Assembly (NCBI GenBank): GCA_903831805.1
Contig: CAIKZD010000014.1
Coordinates: 2,078 to 66,077, forward strand
Direction of reading: 5' to 3'
DNA from: an uncultured bacterium
GTDB taxonomy: Bacteria > Patescibacteriota > Minisyncoccia > Moranbacterales > UBA2206
DNA length: 64,000 bases
Part shown: one piece after another, positions 36,601 through 45,002 of the stretch
How positions within the stretch are numbered: position 1 is the stretch's first letter
Layout: each line of letters opens with the position of its first letter
Translations under genes and position numbers: made by a program
The notes under the pieces: model-generated
Told to the model about the DNA's origin: nothing
The model's database searches: none
Seen by the model: only the letters and a program-made list of their open reading frames with translations

Positions 36601-38272
36601 TTGCATCGTAAATCGCATAAGTCGTATTGGCAGGATTATTATTAGCACTAATGACGACTCCGATTGATGACCAGGAATTCGTGCCGGCAGAAAGCGTCGG
36701 GGTGCTTGGAGCGTTCGCCAACGTGGTAAAAGCCTGACAGGAACTGGTTCCAGTACCCTCAGGATTGGTGGCGTAGGCAGTGTAATGGTAGACAGTATTC
36801 ACAGACATGGCACTACTGTTAGAAAGGGAATAGACACCCGCCCCATAATTTCCATTTTCGTGGGGACTCTGGATTGGAGATCCACTGCAATCGCTGGAAG
36901 TATAAATATTGAATCCCCGTTCGGTAGCCTCTTGGCCCTGAACATCGGTGATGTTGCCGTTAAAAGTGGCCGAGCTAGCTGTCACATCGGTAGAATCTGA
37001 GCCCGTCAAAATTGGCACAGCTGACAAAGTAGTGAAGCTTTGGCAGGAGCTAGAACCAGAACCTCCACTGTTTATGGCGTAAGAAGTATATGAATATTGG
37101 GTTTGAGCGGTTAAACTAGTAATATCCTTACTAAATACACCGGTATTATATGAGCCCCCAGTATCTTTGGGATTTTGGATGGAACCACCCGAACAAGTTC
37201 CCCCACTATATAGATTGAATCCCCGTTCAGTAGCGTTTTGGCCGCCGGTATCGCTGATATCCCCGTGGAGCGTGGCAGTTGTTGTAATAATCGGATTAGC
37301 TGCCGAAACGGTAACGGTCGGCGCTGACGCCTGCCCGGCAAATGTCTTAAAAACAATGTACTGATAGACCTTAGTGTTCCAGTTCACATTAGAGCTGGCT
37401 CCGATTTGAAATCCATCTGCTTCTAATGCTTGGACTAAATCAGCAGCAGGAGGACCACCTAATTGATCTAGCTCAGGCGTCAGATCATCCACCCAACTGC
37501 TCGTACGCCAATTAGTATACCCACCCGCGCTCGACGCTCGAACCAATGCAGCATTGGGTTGAAAACCTACACCGATGATTGATCGATTATCGGCGCCGTT
37601 ACCCGTATACGTTCCCACTTTAATGTAACCAGCGTGGTTTTTAAAAGCTAGATAATAGTAAACAGTAGTGCTTTGATTTACTCCAGCAGCAGTACCTACC
37701 GTAAAACCGTCAGTATCAAACGACTGAATTTGATCGGCGGCTTCAGAAGAGCCGTAAGCGAGATTTACGGAAGCATCCCCAACTTCCGTTGACCACCTCG
37801 CCACACCACTTGTCCAAGTATTCCCGCCTGCCTTCGTTAATACAAAATCCGGTTGAAAACCAACGCTGGTAATCTGACGATTATCAGAGCCATCTCCAGT
37901 ATACGTGCCAATGTGAAAATCTCCGCCGCTATTATCTTTCCAGGCGGTCCATTGATAAGTGGCTGTGCTTTTGTTGACTGAAGCATTTGTACCCAAGGTG
38001 AAACCATCCGAGTCAAGTGTCTGAATAATATTTGACGCAGAAGGTTGGCCTACAGCAATTGGAATAGAGTAATCGCCCACCATCGCTGAAGACCGAAATT
38101 CCGGCATCTGCCCTTCTGAGGTACAAACAATCAAAACCGCACTGGGCTGGAAACCAATCCCGATTATTGGTCGATTATCATTACCATCTCCGGTATAAGT
38201 TCCGACAGCCATTTGCATCTGGCCGCTAGCATGAGCGGTTTTCGGATAATTAAAGACAAAAAAACTTCCCAA
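33671..38272 (-). CDS. giant (1533 aa) secreted cell-surface protein: N-terminal tandem ~85-aa repeats, Ig/Fn-like repeats, right-handed beta-helix region, C-terminal peptidoglycan-binding domain
   Basis: Four GTYTGDGxDNRxIxxVGFQP...DxDGFTxGT..VNxSTxxYxYxAWK repeats and three ~95-aa repeats with ATERGFNxY...C. There are many N-x-(N/T/D)-rich beta-helix rungs. The C-terminal LGSQGQDVGALQTALQKLGLL...GNFGTLTRNLFGW matches the PG_binding_1 fold. The annotated TTG start at 38272 gives a poor signal peptide. Confidence 0.8.
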   Translation of the reverse strand: MGSFFVFNYPKTAHASGQMQMAVGTYTGDGNDNRPIIGIGFQPSAVLIVCTSEGQMPEFRSSAMVGDYSIPIAVGQPSASNIIQTLDSDGFTLGTNASVNKSTATYQWTAWKDNSGGDFHIGTYTGDGSDNRQITSVGFQPDFVLTKAGGNTWTSGVARWSTEVGDASVNLAYGSSEAADQIQSFDTDGFTVGTAAGVNQSTTVYYYLAFKNHAGYIKVGTYTGNGADNRSIIGVGFQPNAALVRASSAGGYTNWRTSSWVDDLTPELDQLGGPPAADLVQALEADGFQIGASSNVNWNTKVYQYIVFKTFAGQASAPTVTVSAANPIITTTATLHGDISDTGGQNATERGFNLYSGGTCSGGSIQNPKDTGGSYNTGVFSKDITSLTAQTQYSYTSYAINSGGSGSSSCQSFTTLSAVPILTGSDSTDVTASSATFNGNITDVQGQEATERGFNIYTSSDCSGSPIQSPHENGNYGAGVYSLSNSSAMSVNTVYHYTAYATNPEGTGTSSCQAFTTLANAPSTPTLSAGTNSWSSIGVVISANNNPANTTYAIYDATDSKYTQADGSLGTSPVWQTAATWNPSGIAINVTGLSASTSYTFSTQAKNGDGVLAPTDIASALSSSLSTTAIITHISACGTLSSANTTYILDNDVSSAGTCFTTSANGTILDLNGHTVTYNTAAGDSVYGYLSAWNPNGARVTNGSFVQGAGNGYQSIAIYFRQGVNIEADHLSISYTGDNNEAIIDTNGAGGQSVQIHDNVIHPNGTKRATGAVYATIANGGSVYSVGQHVTLVGGTGTSAGVFTVSGVSSGGVVTSVSPYDNGGYTVLPPTSNCSVAEAGGLLLNVTYGATHYGGFNTITVSSTGNVDIYNNDIDGTGCSGIGFGYVGALTDTLHINNNTIKMAATVRDGYAISIGSGSNDNIDFEIANNTIVQSSGRGILVAGNYNADSPGPGLGTVHDNNIDVREAEDSGEYLRTPGTDVGIQLRFGAHDVQIYSNTITAHAGLNACPSQFPTQTGNDCIAEGIKVVGGQYAVNNQIYNNTVTVETTDATLTAAGLYLDGTADSSSTFHNNTVTSNSLIVDANGPDGAGSNFNVVSNTFIKGTNPHGFNSIRAGYWTNSATENNFIDNNWQNGASGDDLALAGSGGGNYSLYTKWYLNVNVQNSSTSLPISGATVTVNATGGAAETVSGTTDGSGNARLTLTQFKRYGVTYPATSNYNQYTPHTITVSKTGFNDASTQATMDSTKSINLSMTSLDSSAPTVTAFSIPAISNSPTVPITTFTATDDIAVAGCMVTESSSAPASGDAGWTGSAPSSYNFSSAGSKTLHAWAKDAAGNVSSSLSASVIIDIIPPVVMRVIDGQTYTTPQAPTFTEGTATLNGDPYTSGTAISAIGIYTLIVTDAANNATTVSFTITQAAIVTTSSSSSHHHQTHHKKPKPKTFQQKFTQKITATKKWFHKQSVTINRNLSLGSQGQDVGALQTALQKLGLLKIKDTTYGVYKSLTQQAVTKLQQLRNILPTGNFGTLTRNLFGW

Positions 38273-38325
38273 TAAAATTGCGAAGAGAAAAACAAAATTA
38301 ACAAAAGTTTTTAGCGTCCTATTTC

Positions 38326-38342
38326 GAGAGAGAGAGAGAGAG
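38326..38342 (-). repeat. (GA)8G / (CT)8C dinucleotide simple-sequence tract between an ATG and the signal-peptide coding region of the giant gene
   Basis: + strand gagagagagagagagag at 38326-38342; the ATG (minus strand) is at 38358-38356. Removing one CT unit fuses that ATG in-frame to MHEKFTLSLSRNRTLKTFVNFVFLFAILLGSFFVFNYPKTAHA|SGQ... Confidence 0.8.
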
Positions 38343-38457
38343 TAAATTTTTCATGCATTTTTGTTTTTATTATAAAAAGTTTTATGTGTATTTGTCATAC
38401 TCGCGTATGCGGGTATCCAGTCGCTAAGTAATAAGTTTCTACACTAGATTCCTGCCC

Positions 38458-38512
38458 GCTTCGCCATAGCTCCAGCGAGGCGAGCCTGCGCAGGAATGAC
38501 ATATTGACTGTT
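38458..38512. repeat. palindromic element (TTCCTGC...GCAGGAATGACA family) between ORF6N gene and giant gene
   Basis: gattcctgcccgcttcgccatagctccagcgaggcgagcctgcgcaggaatgacat. Confidence 0.55.
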
Positions 38513-38570
38513 TTTAGTATATCAAATTTTGGAGTTTTCACAAAATAGCATTGCGTAAAAAATACTTCTT

Positions 38571-39101
38571 TCATCCTTTGAAACCTATCGGCGACTGCGG
38601 CTTGATGTCTTTCTCTTTTGTTTCTATAATAGACTTTATCGCGTCAAAAACTATCTTGAACTTGTTGTCATATTTCTTTTCCATCAACTCGATCTTAGCT
38701 TGTAAATCCTTATGGCTAGAGAGTACTTCGCGCAATTTTATGAAAACCCGAACGATTTGAATACTCACTCCAATGGCAATCTCACTCTTTAATACTGCCG
38801 ATAACATCATCACGCCTTGCTCTGTAAAAACATAAGTCCTATATTTAGAATATTTCCCCATTTCTAAGGTACCAAATTGGTACCTTAGAAATTCTGTTTC
38901 TTTTTTATCCAATTGAAACATGAAGTCTTCAGGAAAACGTGATATATTCCTTTTAACAGCTCTATTGAGCGCTTTGGTTTCCACGCCATAAAGCTCCGCT
39001 AAATCACGATCAAACATCACCTTTTTGCTACGAATATAATATATTTTCCCCATTATCCTTTCAAATGGAATAGCCGATACTGCTTTTTGTTTTTGTTTCA
39101 T
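38571..39101 (-). CDS. ORF6N (KilA-N-like) domain protein
   Basis: KVMFDRDLAELYGVETKALNRAVKRNISRFPEDFMFQL matches the ORF6N DNA-binding domain found in phage antirepressor-like proteins. Confidence 0.7.
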   Translation of the reverse strand: MKQKQKAVSAIPFERIMGKIYYIRSKKVMFDRDLAELYGVETKALNRAVKRNISRFPEDFMFQLDKKETEFLRYQFGTLEMGKYSKYRTYVFTEQGVMMLSAVLKSEIAIGVSIQIVRVFIKLREVLSSHKDLQAKIELMEKKYDNKFKIVFDAIKSIIETKEKDIKPQSPIGFKG

Positions 39102-39136
39102 TGCGCTAAGTTTTATTTTATTACAATGTTATTCTA

Positions 39137-40432
39137 TCACTCTTTTATTTTTCCGCAAGCTGTCCCGGCTGCATGTCCCGTGCTCCAGGCTATCTGCAAA
39201 TTGTAGCCGCCAGTTGGGCCGTCGAGATCCAAGACTTCGCCAACTAGATACAGGTTGGGCACAATTTTAGAACGCAGCGTTTTCGGCTCGACTTCTTTCA
39301 GGTCCACTCCGCCGCGCGTCATCATTGCTTGCTCAAAGCCGGTGTGGCCGATGACCGTCAGGCGCAGATCTTTGAGCAAACTTACAATGCACGCCCGCTC
39401 AAGCTTAGTAACGATATTGATTTTTTTCGCTGGCAAAATATCCGCCAGGCGCAAGATAATTTTCGCCAGCTTGGGCGGACATAGTTCAGGCAAGTAATTA
39501 AGGATATCTTTATTGGCAAATTTTATGAAATCTTTTTGCAAAAATATATCCAGTGCCTTTCTATCTATTTCCGGTTTTAAATCTATAGAGATGGAAAGTG
39601 GCATGTTTTCCGGTGTAAATTCCGTTATCTTCCGACTGAGGTTCAAAACCGCCGGACCACTGAGACCGAAATGGGTGAAGATCGCATCGCCCATTGTAGA
39701 GACGAGGCAGTGCCTCGTCTCTACGGGTAATTTACCGCGCACTAAACTAATCTTAACATTTTCCAAACTCACGCCCTGCGCTTCTTTGACCCATTTTTCC
39801 TGAATCTTTAGAGGCACCAACGTCGGCATGGGCGTGATAATTTTATGTCCGCAATCGCGCGCCCATGAATATCCGTCCCCCGTCGCACCGGTCGCCGGAT
39901 AAGACTTTCCACCGCTGGCCAGGATAAACTTTTTGGCATGAATAATTTTATTTTTCAAACGTACCCCTGTGATTCTTTTTTGATTGCCGTCCTCCGAAAA
40001 CTCAAAGCCTAAAACTGTCGCACCGAACAAAATTTCCACTCCATTTTTTTGCAAATAATTTTTGAGTGCCCGCAAAACATCCGCGGCTTTATCTGACACT
40101 GGAAAAACTTTTCCTCCCTTTTCAATCTTAGTCGGCACTTTTCGCTCGGCCAAAAAATCCATCATTTCTTGCGGCCCGAACAGACTAAGCGAGGAAAAAA
40201 GAAATTTTCCCTTCTTACCAATTTCTGCCACTAATTTTTTATCGTCAAACTCAGCCTGCGTCACATTGCACCGCCCGCCGCCCGTCATCAAAAGTTTATT
40301 CCCCAAGCTTTCATTTTTTTCCACCAAAAGCACCCGCGCGCCCAATTCCGCGGCCCTCCCCGCCGCCATCATCCCAGCTGGCCCGCCGCCGATGACGATG
40401 ACATCATATTGTTGATTCTTCAATTTTCTCAT
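39137..40432 (-). CDS. HI0933-like FAD-dependent oxidoreductase (aminoacetone oxidase family) with in-frame palindrome insertion
   Basis: YDVIVIGGGPAGMMAAGRAAELGARVLLVEKN...GGGRCNVTQ N-terminus and a C-terminal GxVLDLDGPTGGYNLQ(I)AW motif. Confidence 0.8.
   Translation of the reverse strand: MRKLKNQQYDVIVIGGGPAGMMAAGRAAELGARVLLVEKNESLGNKLLMTGGGRCNVTQAEFDDKKLVAEIGKKGKFLFSSLSLFGPQEMMDFLAERKVPTKIEKGGKVFPVSDKAADVLRALKNYLQKNGVEILFGATVLGFEFSEDGNQKRITGVRLKNKIIHAKKFILASGGKSYPATGATGDGYSWARDCGHKIITPMPTLVPLKIQEKWVKEAQGVSLENVKISLVRGKLPVETRHCLVSTMGDAIFTHFGLSGPAVLNLSRKITEFTPENMPLSISIDLKPEIDRKALDIFLQKDFIKFANKDILNYLPELCPPKLAKIILRLADILPAKKINIVTKLERACIVSLLKDLRLTVIGHTGFEQAMMTRGGVDLKEVEPKTLRSKIVPNLYLVGEVLDLDGPTGGYNLQIAWSTGHAAGTACGKIKE
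39706..39734. repeat. 29-bp perfect palindrome inside the HI0933-like CDS (encodes VETRHCLVST)
   Basis: gtagagacgaggca g tgcctcgtctctac. Confidence 0.65.
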
Positions 40433-40436
40433 AAGA

Positions 40437-40853
40437 TTAAATATCCATCTCTAAATACTCGCGTGCACTGAACAATAGATCTAATTTCAAAACATCTTCT
40501 TTTTTCATCCAGCGCAATTCTTTTATCTTTGGATCTTGGGTTTTGAGCTCTCCTGATATGGCTTTACACGTATAACAAAAAATCAAAGTATGTTGAAAAT
40601 ATCCAGGCAGCTCCCAATTCTTACAAATACTTTTCGGCAAAAATTCTTTAATTTCTATCTCAAGTCCCGATTCCTCTCTTGTTTCGCGGCGAAGTGTCTC
40701 TTCCAGCGACTCGCCCATCTCATTTTTTCCACCGACAAAATCCCACTTAAGATGGGCTTCGGGAAACCTTGGGTCATTGCGAAGTGACACCAGAACCTCG
40801 CCTTTTTTATTTTCAATAAGTCCTAAGACTACGACAATTGATTTCTTTTCCAT
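40437..40853 (-). CDS. Nudix hydrolase
   Basis: Nudix box GGKNEMGESLEETLRRETREESGLEI. Confidence 0.85.
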   Translation of the reverse strand: MEKKSIVVVLGLIENKKGEVLVSLRNDPRFPEAHLKWDFVGGKNEMGESLEETLRRETREESGLEIEIKEFLPKSICKNWELPGYFQHTLIFCYTCKAISGELKTQDPKIKELRWMKKEDVLKLDLLFSAREYLEMDI

Positions 40854-40949
40854 ATTTAGATTGTTTCACGAAAGCGCTAGATTGTAAAATTTTATTTCCA
40901 ATTCAAACAAAAACAGCCCTACATCTCTGCCAGGCTGTTTTTATATATT

Positions 40950-40978
40950 TGTCATTCCTGCCTACGCAGGAATGACAG
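40950..40978. repeat. perfect hairpin element tgtcattcctgc ctac gcaggaatgacag downstream of fusA (likely terminator)
   Basis: 12-bp perfect stem, same terminus family as 7562 and 38458. Confidence 0.6.
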
Positions 40979-40984
40979 TAGAAT

Positions 40985-43075
40985 TTATTTCTTCTCCCCA
41001 CTCATAATGGCTTCGGCCACGGATTTAGGCACTTCGTTGTAATGAGAAAATTCCATGGCATAACTGGCGCGACCCTGGGTCATAGAACGGAGTTGTGTAG
41101 CATAACCGAACATCGCAGCCAAGGGCACTTCAGATTCGATTTCTTTCACAGCCGTATTGCCTTCTCCACGACTGTTCATTTCCTTGATGAGGCCACGTTT
41201 AGAATTCAAATCTCCCACCACGTCTCCCATAAATTGCTCTGGGGTGGTGACCACCACTTTCATGATCGGCTCCATAATGATCGGCGTGGAACGTCGACAG
41301 GCTTCTTTGAAAGCCATGGAACCGGCGATACGGAAAGCCGCTTCGTTGGAATCCACTTCATGGAAAGATCCGTCATAGACGGTAGCTTTGATATCCACCA
41401 TCGGGTAACCGGCCAACACTCCATTATCCATGGCGTCTTTGATCCCTTTCCCGATCGGTACGATATATTCTTGCGGAATGACTCCTCCCTTAATTTCATT
41501 GACAAACTCAAACCCAGCCCCAGCCTCTTGCGGCTCCACTTTGACCCAACAATGACCATATTGTCCCCGTCCACCGGATTGTTTGATATATTTTCCTTCA
41601 GCTTGCGCGCTTCCCTTGATGGTTTCACGATAGGCCACTTGCGGCGCTCCCACATTGGCTTCCACATGAAACTCTCGCTTCATCCGGTCCACAATGATGT
41701 CGAGGTGCAATTCACCCATACCGGAAATGATTGTTTGTCCGGTTTCTTCATCGCTATGCACTTTAAAAGTTGGATCTTCTTCGGCCAATTTGCGAAGAGC
41801 CATCCCCATCTTTTCTTGGTCAGCCTTGGTTTTCGGCTCCACCGCAATCGAAATGACCGGTTCCGGAAAAGTAATCGATTCGAGAAGGACCGGATGTTCG
41901 ATATCGCACAAGGTGTCACCGGTCGTAGTGGCTTTCATGCCTACAAGTGCGCCGATGCCACCGGTGTAGATTTCATCGATTTCTTCTCTGTGATTGGAAT
42001 GCATCTGCAAAATTCGACTCACGCGTTCTTTCTCACCTTTGGAAGAATTCAATATATATGAACCGGCTTTAAGTTTTCCGGAATAGACGCGAAAGAAAGT
42101 CACTTGTCCCACGAATGGATCAGTGGCCACTTTGAAAGCCAAAGCGGCAAATGGCGCGTCATCATCAAATTTCACCTCTACCACTTTTTCCGGATCTTTG
42201 ATGTCCATGCCTTTGATATTGGGCACGTCGATCGGAGAAGGCAGATAGTCCACAACAGCGTCCAACACCAATTGCACGCCCTTATTGCGAAGAGCGGTGC
42301 CAGTGAAGACCGGCACCAATTTTGTAGCAATCACACCACGACGGAGGGCCGCTTTCAGCTCAGGAACGCTAATTTCTTCTCCATTCAAATATTTTTCGGT
42401 GAGAGCCTCGTCCGTTTCAGAAATTTTTTCCACCATCTTTTCTCTCCATTCTTTAGCTTTATCCAGCAGTTCGGCCGGAATTTCTTTTTCATCCACCACT
42501 TCACCCATCGGACCGGAAAAAGTGTAAGCTTTCATCTTCATAAGATCTACTACGCCTTCGAAATCACCGCGTTCGCCAATCGGAATTTGCGCAGCAAAAG
42601 CGTTCGGAGTCAGACGATCCCAAATAGTTCGGAGGGCATAATAAAAATCCGCACCTTCTTTGTCGATCTTGTTGATGAAACACATTCTGGGCACGCTATA
42701 TTTTTCCGCTTGACGCCAGACAGTTTCCGATTGTGGTTCCACGCCTTCCTTCCCGTCAAAAACCACCACACCGCCGTCCAAAACGCGCAGTGACCGTTCC
42801 ACCTCCACGGTGAAATCCACATGGCCCGGGGTGTCGATGATATTGATCTGATGATCTTTCCAATAACAGGTCGTGGCGGCTGAAGTAATGGTGATGCCAC
42901 GCTCTCGTTCTTGTTCCATCCAGTCCATCGTCGCTTCACCTTCGTGTACTTCGCCGATCTTATGCGTGATGCCGGTGTAGAACAAAACTCGCTCAGTCGT
43001 TGTGGTTTTCCCAGCATCGATGTGAGCGATGATGCCAATATTACGATATCTTTCAATAGGAGTCTGTCTGGCCAT
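40985..43075 (-). CDS. fusA: elongation factor G
   Basis: [18 protein letters not shown] and DTPGHVDF motifs; 696 aa. Confidence 0.95.
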   Translation of the reverse strand: MARQTPIERYRNIGIIAHIDAGKTTTTERVLFYTGITHKIGEVHEGEATMDWMEQERERGITITSAATTCYWKDHQINIIDTPGHVDFTVEVERSLRVLDGGVVVFDGKEGVEPQSETVWRQAEKYSVPRMCFINKIDKEGADFYYALRTIWDRLTPNAFAAQIPIGERGDFEGVVDLMKMKAYTFSGPMGEVVDEKEIPAELLDKAKEWREKMVEKISETDEALTEKYLNGEEISVPELKAALRRGVIATKLVPVFTGTALRNKGVQLVLDAVVDYLPSPIDVPNIKGMDIKDPEKVVEVKFDDDAPFAALAFKVATDPFVGQVTFFRVYSGKLKAGSYILNSSKGEKERVSRILQMHSNHREEIDEIYTGGIGALVGMKATTTGDTLCDIEHPVLLESITFPEPVISIAVEPKTKADQEKMGMALRKLAEEDPTFKVHSDEETGQTIISGMGELHLDIIVDRMKREFHVEANVGAPQVAYRETIKGSAQAEGKYIKQSGGRGQYGHCWVKVEPQEAGAGFEFVNEIKGGVIPQEYIVPIGKGIKDAMDNGVLAGYPMVDIKATVYDGSFHEVDSNEAAFRIAGSMAFKEACRRSTPIIMEPIMKVVVTTPEQFMGDVVGDLNSKRGLIKEMNSRGEGNTAVKEIESEVPLAAMFGYATQLRSMTQGRASYAMEFSHYNEVPKSVAEAIMSGEKK

Positions 43076-43223
43076 ATTTTTTTATTTCAATAAAATTATA
43101 GACTAATTTTGAATTTTTAATTTCAAATTTCGAAATAATTTTGAATGTGTCAATGTTTAAAACATTTAAAATTAAAACATTATTTCAAAATTCATCATTC
43201 GAAATTCAAAATTCCATTTTGCC

Positions 43224-43691
43224 TTAGGCAAAATGTGCGAAGGCTTTGTTGGCGTCGGCCATGCGATGCACATCGTCTCGTTTTTTGATAGCGGCGCCGG
43301 TCTTGTTCGAGGCGTCAATCAGTTCTTCCGCCAATTTAAGGGCCATTTTCTTGCCTTTCTTAGCGGCGCAAGCATTCTTTATCCAACGAATAGCTAGCGT
43401 GGTTCGGCGATCGCCGGACACCGGCACAGGCACTTGATAGTTCGCTCCACCCACGCGGCGGCTCTTGAGCTCTACCAAAGGAGACACATTTTTTAAAGCT
43501 TGTTCAAAAATATTCAAACCGCCCTTTTTGGTCTGTTCGTGAATAATATCAAAAGCATCATACATGATGACTTCTGCCATGGTCCGCTTACCATCTTTCA
43601 TGATGTTGGCCATAAACTTGCCCACCAAAACATTGCCGTATTTTGAATCCGGTCTAGAAATTTTCTTATAAATTCTTTTTCTTCTTGGCAT
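43224..43691 (-). CDS. rpsG: 30S ribosomal protein S7
   Basis: 155 aa; lies between rpsL and fusA; KRRTMAEVIMY-like motif and C-terminal AFAHF. Confidence 0.9.
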   Translation of the reverse strand: MPRRKRIYKKISRPDSKYGNVLVGKFMANIMKDGKRTMAEVIMYDAFDIIHEQTKKGGLNIFEQALKNVSPLVELKSRRVGGANYQVPVPVSGDRRTTLAIRWIKNACAAKKGKKMALKLAEELIDASNKTGAAIKKRDDVHRMADANKAFAHFA

Positions 43692-43723
43692 AACTTTAAA
43701 ACTTTATGAACTTTAAAACTTAT

Positions 43724-44143
43724 TTATTCTTTCGCTTTCTCTCTCTTGGCTCCATATTTTGAGCGTCCTTGTTTGCGGTTGGCTGTACCAGCCGTATCCA
43801 AAACTCCGCGCACGATATGATATCTCACTCCAGGCAAGTCCTTTACTCGGCCACCGCGAATAGCCACAATGGAATGCTCTTGCAGATTATGTCCGACGCC
43901 TGGGATATAGGCGGTCACTTCCATGCCATTGGTCAAGCGCACGCGCGCAATTTTCCGCAAAGCGGAGTTCGGTTTTTTCGGCGTGGTGGTGGAAACTTTC
44001 AGACACACTCCGCGCTTAAAAGGGCTGGCCGTGTCGATCGGTTTGTTCTGAAGCGTATTAAAAACATACTTGAAAGCCGGAGTCTTTGATTTGTTAGCTC
44101 CGCTGGTTCGAGGTTTTCTTTTGAGTTGATTTATTGTTGGCAT
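43724..44143 (-). CDS. rpsL: 30S ribosomal protein S12
   Basis: MPTINQL N-terminus and [10 protein letters not shown] motif. Confidence 0.93.
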   Translation of the reverse strand: MPTINQLKRKPRTSGANKSKTPAFKYVFNTLQNKPIDTASPFKRGVCLKVSTTTPKKPNSALRKIARVRLTNGMEVTAYIPGVGHNLQEHSIVAIRGGRVKDLPGVRYHIVRGVLDTAGTANRKQGRSKYGAKREKAKE

Positions 44144-44243
44144 GTTCTATCCTTAAAGGGTTAAATAAAAATAAGCCAGTTGCCTAGCAAAATAATCATA
44201 TAGGATATATCCTAAGCTGTCAATACTATGGCGCCCTCCGCCG

Positions 44244-44933
44244 CTAAAGCGCAATTCCTAAGAATAGATTCAGCATCGTGTTCAAAAATGTGCCCAAGGG
44301 GGCGGAGAAGAAAACGACAAAAAACAAGAGCAAAAAGAAACCAAACTGCTCAAGCATCAGGGCGGTTTCCGCTTTCATATCGAAAATGAAGAAAAGAATC
44401 TTAGAACCATCCAATGGAGGGATCGGGATGAGGTTGAAAAAGGCTAAAATCACATTAATGATAACCACGACCACTAGCAATTCGAACAAAATCGAACTAC
44501 CGCTGCCGGCAATAAGGAGCGCGGCGCCGGAAGGACTAAGAGCACTGGCGATTATTTCTTGCTTGACGGCCAAGGGAATGAAAATCAGCCCGGCTAAAAT
44601 TGCCGCCACTAAAGCAATGATAATATTAGACAGTGGGCCGGCCAAAGCCACCAAGGCTGGTCCCCATTTTTGATTGCGCAGGTTGTATGGATTATACGGC
44701 ACCGGCTTGGCCCAGCCGAAAGCGAACCCTACTGACAAAAACATCAAAATGGGCACGACAAACGATCCCCAAAAATCCAGATGCTTCAAGGGGTTCAGGT
44801 TCAATCTTTCGGCATACTTAGCCGTGGTGTCCCCAAGCCAAAGAGCCATGACACCATGCGACACTTCATGGATGATAACACTGTAAAGCAGGATAACTAT
44901 ATAGAAGGCGATAAGCACAATTTCATTTAACAT
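44244..44933 (-). CDS. site-2 protease family (peptidase M50) membrane metalloprotease
   Basis: HEVSHG (HExxH) in the first TM region, polytopic, and a second LDG motif. Confidence 0.7.
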   Translation of the reverse strand: MLNEIVLIAFYIVILLYSVIIHEVSHGVMALWLGDTTAKYAERLNLNPLKHLDFWGSFVVPILMFLSVGFAFGWAKPVPYNPYNLRNQKWGPALVALAGPLSNIIIALVAAILAGLIFIPLAVKQEIIASALSPSGAALLIAGSGSSILFELLVVVVIINVILAFFNLIPIPPLDGSKILFFIFDMKAETALMLEQFGFFLLLFFVVFFSAPLGTFLNTMLNLFLGIAL

Positions 44934-45002
44934 AATTGATACTCTTGCTATTATTACTTTCTTATGCTAACTTATATTCTGTAATAAATCAACAGCAAAA
45001 CT

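Noticed and set aside
38326-38342. Possibility that the GA tract or other short repeats represent a CRISPR array
   Set aside because: It is a pure dinucleotide tract, and the other repeats are palindromic singletons without a regular repeat-spacer periodicity. No cas genes; no CRISPR in the window.
41042-42793. 339-aa and 229-aa + strand ORFs
   Set aside because: Antisense to fusA (EF-G), which is unambiguous. His/Phe-rich shadow frames.
43076-43223. AT-rich 148-nt rpsG-fusA spacer with reiterated aattttgaa / ttcgaaat motifs
   Set aside because: Low-complexity AT-rich sequence typical of this genome. Motifs are short and could arise by chance.
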